A DNA stretch of 64,000 nucleotides from positions 14,718 through 78,717 of the forward strand of contig CAVSTO010000016.1 of assembly GCA_963730865.1 (NCBI GenBank), read 5' to 3'. Positions 26,412-34,607 of this stretch are shown piece after piece. Both the position numbers and the translations under genes were made by a program. The notes beneath the pieces were generated by a model. It did not search any database. It was not told the origin of the DNA and worked only from the letters and a program-made list of their open reading frames with translations. The DNA is from an uncultured Acidobacteriaceae bacterium. Its GTDB lineage: Bacteria; Acidobacteriota; Terriglobia; Bryobacterales; Bryobacteraceae. Numbering within the stretch: the first letter of the stretch is position 1; every line of letters begins with the position of its first letter.

Positions 26412-27080
26412 TCAACGCCAGAGAGGAAATAATCTCGGCGTTTGAGCCAGGTAGGTCTCGTACTCGGGCCCGTAAACGCGAGTAAGATACTCTTCTTCCA
26501 GTTGCATCCGTTGGCGAATCAACACAAACCAGCAGAACGCAAGCAACCACGACAATACGCTGGGAAGCAGCAATGGGAAGGCCAAACGCGTTCCCACCAG
26601 GCCGGTGTAGCGTGGATGGCGCACCAGGGCGTATGGGCCGTCGAGCATCGGAGCATTTGATTGCAGCTTAGGGACGAAATTCTTCAGCAAATAGGCATCC
26701 ACCCACAACAGCCAAACAAACGATATGAGATAGATGATCAGCCCGGCCAGTTGTAGCCAGACGAGTTCGAGACGCCGTCCCGTATGTACGTGTCCGTAGT
26801 CGAAGAAGACTCCCAATTCGAGCACACCGAGCACACCTGTGAATTTATTCCAAGCGGGCTGAATCTGCCTTGCGAAAAACACGTCTTTGACCGCGGCAGA
26901 TTCGGAAAGCCGGCGAGAAAAGAGAATCTGCTGCACCGCAAGAGTGGAGCTGATTACTAGATAGAAAGCTGAAAACAGATCGAGGCGCGCCCAGTGCGCC
27001 CGAGAATGCCACTGATACAGCAGCAAGACAGCGACACAGTTGTAAACCGCAAGGGACAGCAGGACTGCTATCGGCTTCAT
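26412..27080 (-). CDS. ICMT/phospholipid-methyltransferase-like membrane protein
   Basis: 222-aa polytopic ORF. The C-terminal GPYALVRHPRYTGLV...QLEEEYLTRVYGPEYETYLAQTPRLFP matches the isoprenylcysteine carboxyl methyltransferase family signature. Confidence 0.65.
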   Translation of the reverse strand: MKPIAVLLSLAVYNCVAVLLLYQWHSRAHWARLDLFSAFYLVISSTLAVQQILFSRRLSESAAVKDVFFARQIQPAWNKFTGVLGVLELGVFFDYGHVHTGRRLELVWLQLAGLIIYLISFVWLLWVDAYLLKNFVPKLQSNAPMLDGPYALVRHPRYTGLVGTRLAFPLLLPSVLSWLLAFCWFVLIRQRMQLEEEYLTRVYGPEYETYLAQTPRLFPLWR

Positions 27081-27102
27081 TTGCTGGGACCGCTAAGGGC
27101 TC

Positions 27103-27139
27103 TACCTATATCAGCACGACTCCGCGTCTAATATAGGTA
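27103..27139. promoter_or_regulatory. AT-rich 9-bp inverted repeat just upstream of gcdH (candidate operator)
   Basis: TACCTATAT (27103-27111) and ATATAGGTA (27131-27139), with a 19-nt spacer. It ends 10 nt before the gcdH ATG (27149). Confidence 0.3.
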
Positions 27140-27148
27140 TCAGCCGCT

Positions 27149-28318
27149 ATGCCCCGTTTTCCCGGCGTCGATTACCTTCAATTTGATTCGCTGCTGAGCG
27201 AACAGGAACTCATGGTCCGGCAAACCGCGCGCCAGTTTGTAGACGAACGCGTGGTTCCTGTCATTCGCGAGGCATTCAACACCGGCGTGTTTCCGAAGCA
27301 ATTCGTTCCGCAGATGGCGGAACTCGGATTCTTTGGCGCAAATCTGGAAGGTTACGGCTGCGCCGGCATGAACAACGTCGAGTACGGGCTGATCATGCAG
27401 GAACTGGAGCGCGGCGACTCCGGTGTTCGCAGCTTCGTCAGTGTCCAGGGCGCGCTGGTAATGTATCCCATTTACACATTTGGGTCGGAAGAACAGAAAC
27501 AACGCTGGCTGCCGAAATTGCAATCGGGAGAAGCGATTGGATGCTTCGGACTAACGGAACCCGATTTTGGCTCGAACCCTTCCGCGATGCGCACCATTGC
27601 AGAACGGCGCGGCGACTCATGGGCTTTGAATGGTGAAAAGACTTGGATCACCAACGGTTCTGTGGCCGATATCGCGGTCGTTTGGGCGCGCACTCCCGAT
27701 GGAATTCGCGGATTCCTGGTGGAGAAAGGCACTCGCGGGTATTCGACAAGCGACCTTCACGGCAAGCTCTCCATGCGCGCTTCGGTAACATCCAGTCTGC
27801 ATTTCGCCGATTGCGTCGTGCCCCAAGCGAATCAACTTCCGTGCGCCAAAGGACTCAAATCCGCGCTGAGCTGCCTTTCGCAGGCGCGCTTCGGCATTGG
27901 CTGGGGCGTGATCGGCGCAGCGATGGATTGCTATGAGACCGCACGGAGCTATACGCTTACGCGTAAACAATTCGACGAGAAACCGCTCGCCGGCCATCAA
28001 CTTGTGCAGGAGAAGCTCGCCTGGATGATTACCGAAATCAGCAAGGCGCAGCTACTCGCGCTGCACGTCGCGAAGCTGAAAGACGCTGGTAGGGTGGACG
28101 CGGCTCACATTTCCATGCTGAAGCGGAATAATGTCTCGGTCGCTCTCGAATGCGCGCGGCTGAGCCGCGATTTGCTGGGGGCCAACGGCATCATGGACGA
28201 GTACCCGATCATGCGCCATATGTGCAACCTCGAAACCGTGAAGACCTACGAGGGTACGGAGCACATTCACACGCTGGTCATTGGTGAACGGGTCACCGGA
28301 ATTCCGGCGTACCGTTAA
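27149..28318 (+). CDS. gcdH: Glutaryl-CoA dehydrogenase
   Basis: 389-aa acyl-CoA dehydrogenase. FGLTEPDFGSNPSAMRT, WITNGSVADIAVVWAR and YEGTEHIHTLVIGERVTGIPAY are characteristic of the glutaryl-CoA dehydrogenase subfamily. Confidence 0.9.
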   Translation: MPRFPGVDYLQFDSLLSEQELMVRQTARQFVDERVVPVIREAFNTGVFPKQFVPQMAELGFFGANLEGYGCAGMNNVEYGLIMQELERGDSGVRSFVSVQGALVMYPIYTFGSEEQKQRWLPKLQSGEAIGCFGLTEPDFGSNPSAMRTIAERRGDSWALNGEKTWITNGSVADIAVVWARTPDGIRGFLVEKGTRGYSTSDLHGKLSMRASVTSSLHFADCVVPQANQLPCAKGLKSALSCLSQARFGIGWGVIGAAMDCYETARSYTLTRKQFDEKPLAGHQLVQEKLAWMITEISKAQLLALHVAKLKDAGRVDAAHISMLKRNNVSVALECARLSRDLLGANGIMDEYPIMRHMCNLETVKTYEGTEHIHTLVIGERVTGIPAYR

Positions 28319-28730
28319 CCGCCCCGGCCAACTGCTTCGACATCTGCTCGTGCAACACGGCCACGCCCGGATCGCGCTGTACCACCGCGGCATAGCGCTT
28401 CCAAAAATCCTCCACTTCGCGCGAAGGCGATAGTAAGGCGCGGGTGTCTTCAATCAGTTGCTGAAACTCTCGTGCTGTGCCGGGAGGATTTTTCGCCGCC
28501 AATCCTTCATCGATCTGCACCAGTAGCGTGGTTACCGGCCGCAGCCAGGCAAACCAATTGTCGTTGATCAGCAGCTGCAGAAATGCCGAGGGGGAAGCGA
28601 TCGTCCCATGAACAATCTCATAAGCAGTCCGCTCGGAATCGAGCAGAGCCTTGTGCAGGGTTAATAACGTCTCCCGCACGTCTTTCAATCTCTGTCGCGC
28701 CGCATCCGGGGCCGCTTCAGGTAACTCCAT
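28293..28730 (-). CDS. Hypothetical protein
   Basis: 145-aa helical ORF directly downstream of the TPR gene on the same strand. Its 3' end overlaps the convergent gcdH by 26 nt. Confidence 0.5.
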   Translation of the reverse strand: MELPEAAPDAARQRLKDVRETLLTLHKALLDSERTAYEIVHGTIASPSAFLQLLINDNWFAWLRPVTTLLVQIDEGLAAKNPPGTAREFQQLIEDTRALLSPSREVEDFWKRYAAVVQRDPGVAVLHEQMSKQLAGAVNGTPEFR

Positions 28731-28780
28731 TCACTCCCAGGGTAGCGCGCGAATGCGGTGGACAGCAGGCAAATGGGCAG

Positions 28781-30073
28781 CTATTTTGATGGCGCTGTCT
28801 TTGCTTGGTTCAGCTGGGCTTGGTCCAGCTTGGCTTGGTCTAGCTTGCCGAGCAACTCTTTCGCGGCAGCTGCGCCTTGACCGTTGGGAGCGATCGCCAG
28901 GTAGGCGCGTAAATGCGTCACCGCGCTATCGTAGTTGCCCTGCGTCAACAGCATTCGAGCGTACAGATGCTCCGCCTCCGGGTAGCGGTGGGCGGTATCG
29001 ATCCGAAGCAGCTCCTGAATGCTTTTCTGCGCTTCCTCCGGCTTCTTCAACTGAAAGTTGGCGAGCGCGTTGTACCAGAGTGAACTTGGGAAATCCACCG
29101 AATCGAGTGCGATCGCCTGTTGGCTATAGTTTGCCGCAGCTTCCCATTCCTGCCCTTGGGCCGAGAGCAAAGCGAGTTGGTTATAGGGACTAGCGTACTT
29201 CGCGTCCGCGGCAATCGCGGATTGATAGGACCTTCTCGCGGCTTCGGTGTGGCCTTCGCGCTGCTGCAGCTCTCCCAACGCGAACCAAGCAATCGCATAC
29301 TTCGGATAGGTCGCGGTGGCCGCGAGAAATCGCTTCTCCGCGTCCTCAAACTTGCCCTTTTCGGCTAGTTCCACTCCCTTTTCGTAATCTTTTTGGGCAT
29401 GCTTCGGCACCAGGGAGGTGGTCAGGCTAATGGTCCCCGCAGTCTCACCGCTGCCCAGGCGGTGCAGAATGATCGTCCCCACGTTCGGATCATCCAAAAA
29501 TCTGTGGTTGGCCAACTCCACTACGTCCGAACGGTACCCTGGATAAGACGCTCGAAGCTCACAGTTCCAATTAGCGTTACGATTGACGCCGTTCCCCATT
29601 GTCCCTTGGCCCGGGTTGCCAATCCCGCCGACCGGGCGTCCGGGCGGACCGGACATAGCATCGGCTGCGTCCGTATCCAAGATGGCATTCTGGCCGATTT
29701 CGAAAGAGAACTGGCCTTTGGAATCGGTATGCGCTTCGAGCCGCGGCATCCCACCGCAAACGCGCTCAATACGGATGTCAGTATTCGGCTTCACGCCGTC
29801 CGCGAACAGAACACGCCCGGACAGGAAAATAGGGCGCGAACTAGGCCATCCGTTAGGGGACGTCGGGTTCGAGGCCGAGCCAGGGAAGTTTGTCGACCCG
29901 GGGTAGTTCGTGGAGGGGGACGCGCCCGGCGACCCCACCGATCCCGGTGTGTTGCCGGCGGGTGCGCTGCTGCCCGTGTGGCTTCCGCTTCCGGGCCTTT
30001 GCGCAGGCGCTATCGAGCACAAGAGGAAGGCAGCAAGGAAGACTACGCGGCAACCGGTCCAGATAAGGCGCAT
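28781..30073 (-). CDS. Secreted carboxypeptidase-regulatory-like domain + TPR repeat protein
   Basis: Signal peptide MRLIWTGCRVVFLAAFLLCSIAPAQ. LSGRVLFADGVKPNTDIRIERVCGG...TDSKGQFSFEI is CarboxypepD_reg-like. Multiple TPR units follow (AIAWFALGELQQREGHTEAARRSYQSAIAADAKYASPY...). Confidence 0.75.
   Translation of the reverse strand: MRLIWTGCRVVFLAAFLLCSIAPAQRPGSGSHTGSSAPAGNTPGSVGSPGASPSTNYPGSTNFPGSASNPTSPNGWPSSRPIFLSGRVLFADGVKPNTDIRIERVCGGMPRLEAHTDSKGQFSFEIGQNAILDTDAADAMSGPPGRPVGGIGNPGQGTMGNGVNRNANWNCELRASYPGYRSDVVELANHRFLDDPNVGTIILHRLGSGETAGTISLTTSLVPKHAQKDYEKGVELAEKGKFEDAEKRFLAATATYPKYAIAWFALGELQQREGHTEAARRSYQSAIAADAKYASPYNQLALLSAQGQEWEAAANYSQQAIALDSVDFPSSLWYNALANFQLKKPEEAQKSIQELLRIDTAHRYPEAEHLYARMLLTQGNYDSAVTHLRAYLAIAPNGQGAAAAKELLGKLDQAKLDQAQLNQAKTAPSK
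28803..28847. repeat. 3 x 15-bp in-frame tandem repeat at the 3' end of the TPR gene
   Basis: GCTTGGTTCAGCTGG / GCTTGGTCCAGCTTG / GCTTGGTCTAGCTTG at 28803-28817, 28818-28832 and 28833-28847. They encode ..KLDQAKLDQAQLNQA.. on the minus strand. Confidence 0.8.
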
Positions 30074-30262
30074 GGGACCCCTTTTGAAGTTGGTTCGAGT
30101 ATCTCATAAACGAGCAATCTTCAGGGTTGCGAACACCCCCTCGTACATCCGCAGCCGATTTTCTAATGAATTTTGCTCCGGGGCCGAAAAGGAAGTTGGA
30201 TGGGATTACCAGCACTTACGGCGGTCGGCGCTTCTCTACTCACTAAGCTCGAAGGCCTAGCC

Positions 30263-30727
30263 ATGTCTAAGGCGTCTAAGACGAGCAGCACTCCCCAGCC
30301 GCAGGCGAAATTTACGAAAGATGCCAGCAGCGTGTCGGATCCAGGTATGCTCTTCAGCCAGCTACAAGGTCTGAGCCAGCAAAACCCGGCCGAATTTAAG
30401 AAGATCACGGCGCAGGTGGCACAGCAGCTCCAGGCCGCCAGTGGCAGCACGGCCGGCACCTCCGCTGCGTCTCCCCAGTCCAGCCTGTTAAACCAAATGG
30501 CGAGTAATTTCCAACATGCCTCTCAAACCGGTAGCTTCTCCGATCTCTTCACCCACACTGCGCAGACCGCATCATCAACCGCTGCCTCCGGTAACCCCCA
30601 TAACCAGTACGCAGCCTCGAACGGCGCCTCCGATTCCAGCACGATTCACAGCATCTTCTCCCAGGCCCTTTCCCAACTCAAAAGCGACCTCGGCACCAAC
30701 GCGGCATTAAGCGTCGTGTCGGTCTAG
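30263..30727 (+). CDS. Low-complexity Ser/Ala/Gln/Thr-rich hypothetical protein
   Basis: ATG 30263 within ORF 30173..30727. 154 aa with no TM or signal peptide, lying immediately upstream of the TadG-like gene. Confidence 0.45.
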   Translation: MSKASKTSSTPQPQAKFTKDASSVSDPGMLFSQLQGLSQQNPAEFKKITAQVAQQLQAASGSTAGTSAASPQSSLLNQMASNFQHASQTGSFSDLFTHTAQTASSTAASGNPHNQYAASNGASDSSTIHSIFSQALSQLKSDLGTNAALSVVSV

Positions 30728-30799
30728 GGCAACACGCGCGTGCCGGTGCAAGGGCAGCTGAGACACTTCGCAGCACTTGCTCACTAATCCAGAAGAGTA

Positions 30800-32407
30800 G
30801 TGTCCGGCTTCCATTCCATCCCAACAACTCCAGCCCGCGGAAACAACCAACGGGGCCAGACGGTGGTGATCTTCACCATGCTCTGCACCTTGCTGCTCAT
30901 CCCTGTAGCCGGCTTGGCGATAGACGCCTCTGTTGTCTATCTTATGAAGGCCAAGCTTTCCGCTGCAGTCGATGCCGCTGCTTTGGCAACCGCCCGGAGC
31001 TTGAACTTGGACTCGACGCCAAACAATCAGACGCCGGCAACTAATACCGGACAGTACTATTTCTCTGCTAACCTGCCCGCCGGCACTATGGGCGTAACGG
31101 TTCAATCAGGCTCGCCGGCCATCTCCGTAACCAGCTCGAACAATACTCTCCAGGCAACCGCCACAGCGACCATTCAGGTGCCCCTCTACTTCATGCGTCT
31201 GCTGGGCTTCCCAACATCAACTCTTAGCGCCTCGGGAGAAGCTTCGCGGCGAATCTCTAACATTATTCTCGTGCTGGACCGTTCCTATTCCATCGCGATC
31301 GGCGGCAACTGTTCCAATCTAATCTCCTCGGCCGAGAGCTTCGTGAACGACTTTGTCGATATCACCCAAGCACCCAACCCGACCGGGGCCGATACTGTAG
31401 GGCTTATAGATTTCCAGGCGTCTGCCAACGAAGACTTCCTAGCGGCAAACAACTTCAAATCGGCTTCGAAGAATATCAACTCGTATCTCACTCAATTGCA
31501 ATGCACTGGCTATACCAACACAGCGCAAGCGTTGGCCGTAGCCTATTCGCGTTTGCAGGTAATCGACGAGCCCTCCGCAAACAACGTGATCGTTCTGTTT
31601 ACCGATGGAAATGCGGATACGATCTCCGCCAAATTTCCGGTCAGGAGCAGCAACGCATCGAAAACAACCGTTTACAATTGGCAGCCCATTGGGAATTCAA
31701 ACCCATCCACAGTACAACAGGGCGCAAGCACCTGTAAATCGTCGGTCACATATCTTACAGGTGTGATCACGAACCTGCCAGGGGGGTTGACCGCGGCAAA
31801 CGACGTTGGAGGCGTCTATGTTGATAGCTATCCGACTTCGCCCGAACCAATTTCCTGGACCAGCCCGTATACGGGTACCGGTTCCGGTTATCCCTTCCCG
31901 GCCGCGGAAGTGAGCGGCTCAAGCTGCTACTTCACCAGCACGAGTGTCTATTCGTACCCATATAACACGCTGGCTATTAGAAATGATGTAGCGTATATTC
32001 CGGCAACAGATAACAGTAAGTACCAGGCCTCACTCATCAATTCTTACTGGACGCAGGCGGCGGATTATGTTTCAACGGGCCCCTATAAAAACAAAGGCCT
32101 TCGACCGGACACTACGCAATCTGTAAACGACGCAGCCCTCAGCGATGCCGATAACATGGCGAACATGATTCGTGGCGGCACGGCCAGCTCTGGGGCATCC
32201 ATACAAGCGACGATTTACACAATCGGGCTGGGCAATCCTCCGGCTGAAGTGATCAACAGCGAATTCCTTGAACGCGTCGCAAACGATCCGCGCGCCCCAG
32301 GTTACAATTCTAACCAGCCGACTGGATTATTCATCCTGTGCAGCTCCGCTGGATTGCAGTCAGCTTTTCAACAGATCGCCTCGCAAATTCTTCGCCTATC
32401 GAAATAG
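30800..32407 (+). CDS. TadG-like pilus-assembly protein with VWA domain
   Basis: N-terminus RGQTVVIFTMLCTLLLIPVAGLAIDASVVYLMKAKLSAAVDAAALA is the Tad/TadG-like pseudopilin-type TM segment. It is followed by NIILVLDRSYSI (MIDAS-like) and NVIVLFTDGNAD. Confidence 0.75.
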   Translation: MSGFHSIPTTPARGNNQRGQTVVIFTMLCTLLLIPVAGLAIDASVVYLMKAKLSAAVDAAALATARSLNLDSTPNNQTPATNTGQYYFSANLPAGTMGVTVQSGSPAISVTSSNNTLQATATATIQVPLYFMRLLGFPTSTLSASGEASRRISNIILVLDRSYSIAIGGNCSNLISSAESFVNDFVDITQAPNPTGADTVGLIDFQASANEDFLAANNFKSASKNINSYLTQLQCTGYTNTAQALAVAYSRLQVIDEPSANNVIVLFTDGNADTISAKFPVRSSNASKTTVYNWQPIGNSNPSTVQQGASTCKSSVTYLTGVITNLPGGLTAANDVGGVYVDSYPTSPEPISWTSPYTGTGSGYPFPAAEVSGSSCYFTSTSVYSYPYNTLAIRNDVAYIPATDNSKYQASLINSYWTQAADYVSTGPYKNKGLRPDTTQSVNDAALSDADNMANMIRGGTASSGASIQATIYTIGLGNPPAEVINSEFLERVANDPRAPGYNSNQPTGLFILCSSAGLQSAFQQIASQILRLSK

Positions 32408-32423
32408 ACGATTCGACCCGGAG

Positions 32424-33086
32424 CTAGAATACGGAGCGGGCGCTCGATTGTCCACCCCCCAAGTCAGGCGAGGTGAGCGTCGTTTCAGCCATGTAGGCAT
32501 ATTGGCCAAACGCCAATGTAGGCGTCCCGCTCACCACCGGAAATAGATTCGAGAACTTAGCCGCCACACAGGCGGCGTCAGTCATGTAAGTACCCGGGGC
32601 TATGTTTCCAGAACTGTCCATATCGGTCGAAGGCGGGTTGCCATAGGCGCTCAGGCGAACGGACGAATTGCCTACAACGACTCGCTTTATGAGGACATAC
32701 TGGTTCGTATTCGCGCAATTACTCAACCCTGCGTTCGTACAAGAGCTACTGTTCACATAAGTGACGACCGAAAGAATAACAACCGATTGACCTGTGGTCG
32801 TCAGATTCAACCCTTGCGCTATGGTTTGCAGCATGGTCTGGTTGCTTGGATCTGAGAAATCGATTCCGAACGCCAGCATATGCGCAGCATCGCGGCAAAC
32901 CTCGGCTACTTGAATGCTACGGATCAGGCTGATCCCGACGTCCCACATTCCGAAGAAAAACGGCACCCAAAACAGTGCAAAGCAAAGGACAAATTCCACG
33001 AGGCTGCTGCCGCGCTCGCCGGAACAGGCCTTACCGTGCAGGGTAGCGCTACGCACAAGCTGAACCCTCAAGGACATCAGCGGCAC
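32424..33086 (-). CDS. TadE-like protein
   Basis: GERGSSLVEFVLCFALFWVPFFFGMWDVG is the TadE N-terminal signature (G-x-x-x-x-E-F). The likely start is ATG 33077 or 33086. Confidence 0.7.
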   Translation of the reverse strand: MPLMSLRVQLVRSATLHGKACSGERGSSLVEFVLCFALFWVPFFFGMWDVGISLIRSIQVAEVCRDAAHMLAFGIDFSDPSNQTMLQTIAQGLNLTTTGQSVVILSVVTYVNSSSCTNAGLSNCANTNQYVLIKRVVVGNSSVRLSAYGNPPSTDMDSSGNIAPGTYMTDAACVAAKFSNLFPVVSGTPTLAFGQYAYMAETTLTSPDLGGGQSSARSVF

Positions 33087-33576
33087 TCGCGGACAAACTC
33101 ATGGGTAGCTTGGAAACAAAGAACGGGGCAAGTAGATTGAGCGATGCACCGCTTACGCTGACCTGAAGTATGTTTCCTGGAGTAAGTTGACCTGTGGTGA
33201 GCGGCGTTCCCGGCGCTGACGGCGAGTAGTACGCAATTGTGATGTTGCTTGAGGATTTGAGAATACCGCCTGAGTATGCGATGACAACATTGTTAATCGA
33301 TGTATTCTCAGTGGCAACGCTGACGCACGTCGTGACGCCGTTGCTGGTAGTACCTTGGCTGATGACCCCGTATCGCACTCCTTCCCGGACTGCCTCCTGA
33401 AGAGAGGCTTTGGCGTAAATGGCCCAGGCGGAATCCACCGCCAGAAATACCAACGACAGCATCGGAATCAGCACCATGGCGAATTCCACCAACTCAGCGC
33501 CGCTTTGTGCGCGCCTCTTCCGAGATCGACTGCTCAACTGATGGGCTAAAGGCACTCTGGGGTTTTGCTCAGACAC
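33049..33576 (-). CDS. TadE-like protein
   Basis: RRAQSGAELVEFAMVLIPMLSLVFLAVDSAWAIYAKASLQEAVREG is the TadE N-terminal signature. The gene overlaps the next TadE-like gene by ~30 nt. Confidence 0.7.
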   Translation of the reverse strand: MSEQNPRVPLAHQLSSRSRKRRAQSGAELVEFAMVLIPMLSLVFLAVDSAWAIYAKASLQEAVREGVRYGVISQGTTSNGVTTCVSVATENTSINNVVIAYSGGILKSSSNITIAYYSPSAPGTPLTTGQLTPGNILQVSVSGASLNLLAPFFVSKLPMSLSASAADVLEGSACA

Positions 33577-33623
33577 TGGTCGTGATCCTGCATAAGCCTC
33601 ATCGGCAAAGCGCCTAAGTTACC

Positions 33624-34493
33624 TTAGCCTTTTAATGAATCCGGCTGCTTCACTCCATCTACAAGTAACCGCTCCCTTACCAGATCTTCGACGTCCGCGA
33701 TCTGATCTCCGAGCAGGTTCAGTTTGCGCGACAATCCCTGGATCTCCAGCTCCGCGCGGCGATTCACCTCGTAATCCAGCTCGCCCCGCAGCCGGTCTTT
33801 TGTGTCCTGCCGGTTTTGGCTCATCATAATCACCGGCGCCTGGATGGCAGCCAGCATAGAAAGAAACAAATTCAACAAAATGAATGGATACGGATCCCAC
33901 GCGGACCGTCCCAGGGCGACGTTCGCCCCGGTATAGATCACAAGCACCACACCGAAGGTAATGATGAACTTCCACGAACCGCCGAAATGCGCCACCTCGT
34001 CGGCTACACGGTCGCCCAGCATCGTTCCTTCTTCAATTACCTCATTGGGATTGCGCGTCGCCCGCACTCGCACGAGTTGCTGGGCTGCGTGAAACTGCCG
34101 ACCCAACACGGTAAGCATGTCCATCCCTGCCAGGGGTTTGCGCTCCAGCAGCACCGTGATGTCGTGGCGATCCACCTCCACGCAGACGGTCTCCTCAAGC
34201 GCAATCGCGCCGGTCTGGTGCGGCGTCTCGTCCAGCATGGACGCGAAACCAAAGAACTCGCCCGTGGTTGGCTCATCCACAATGACTTCCTGCTGGTCCT
34301 CGTCGACCGTCGTCACCCGCACGCGTCCGGAAACCAGTACGTAGGCTCGGCCGCCCGCATCGCCGATCTTGTAGATTCGCTGCCGCGGAGCAAACGTCTT
34401 CAGTTCTACCTGGCTGGCTAGAACGGCGGTCTCTTCTGCGTCGAGCAGAGCGAATAAGGGCACCTGTTTGAGCGCCTCTGGTTTGCACGGCAT
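33624..34493 (-). CDS. Cyclic-nucleotide-binding domain + DUF1003 membrane protein
   Basis: N-terminal cNMP-binding fold (LKQVPLFALLDAEETAVLASQVELKTF..GDAGGRAYVLVSGRVRV..FGFASML). The C-terminal half is DRVADEVAHFGGSWKFIITF...DPYPFILLNLFLSMLAAIQAPVIMMSQNRQDTKDRL..DYEVNRRAELEI (DUF1003 signature). Confidence 0.85.
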   Translation of the reverse strand: MPCKPEALKQVPLFALLDAEETAVLASQVELKTFAPRQRIYKIGDAGGRAYVLVSGRVRVTTVDEDQQEVIVDEPTTGEFFGFASMLDETPHQTGAIALEETVCVEVDRHDITVLLERKPLAGMDMLTVLGRQFHAAQQLVRVRATRNPNEVIEEGTMLGDRVADEVAHFGGSWKFIITFGVVLVIYTGANVALGRSAWDPYPFILLNLFLSMLAAIQAPVIMMSQNRQDTKDRLRGELDYEVNRRAELEIQGLSRKLNLLGDQIADVEDLVRERLLVDGVKQPDSLKG

Positions 34494-34607
34494 TCGTCAC
34501 CTTTTCGTAATAGAATCTGTTCCGCAAACGGCTCACGGCCGGTCCAAGAGCCAGCATTCCACAACGCACCCGCGATCCACAACACGGCGCGGCGGATAAG
34601 CCCAAAG

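Noticed and set aside
33597-33611. The 15-mer CCTCATCGGCAAAGC is shared between the TadE-operon upstream region (33597-33611) and the EPS-operon upstream region (43195-43209).
   Set aside because: An exact 15-mer repeat is expected about once or twice by chance in 64 kb of biased-composition DNA. The distance to the start codon differs (~20 nt versus ~85 nt), and the flanks do not align.
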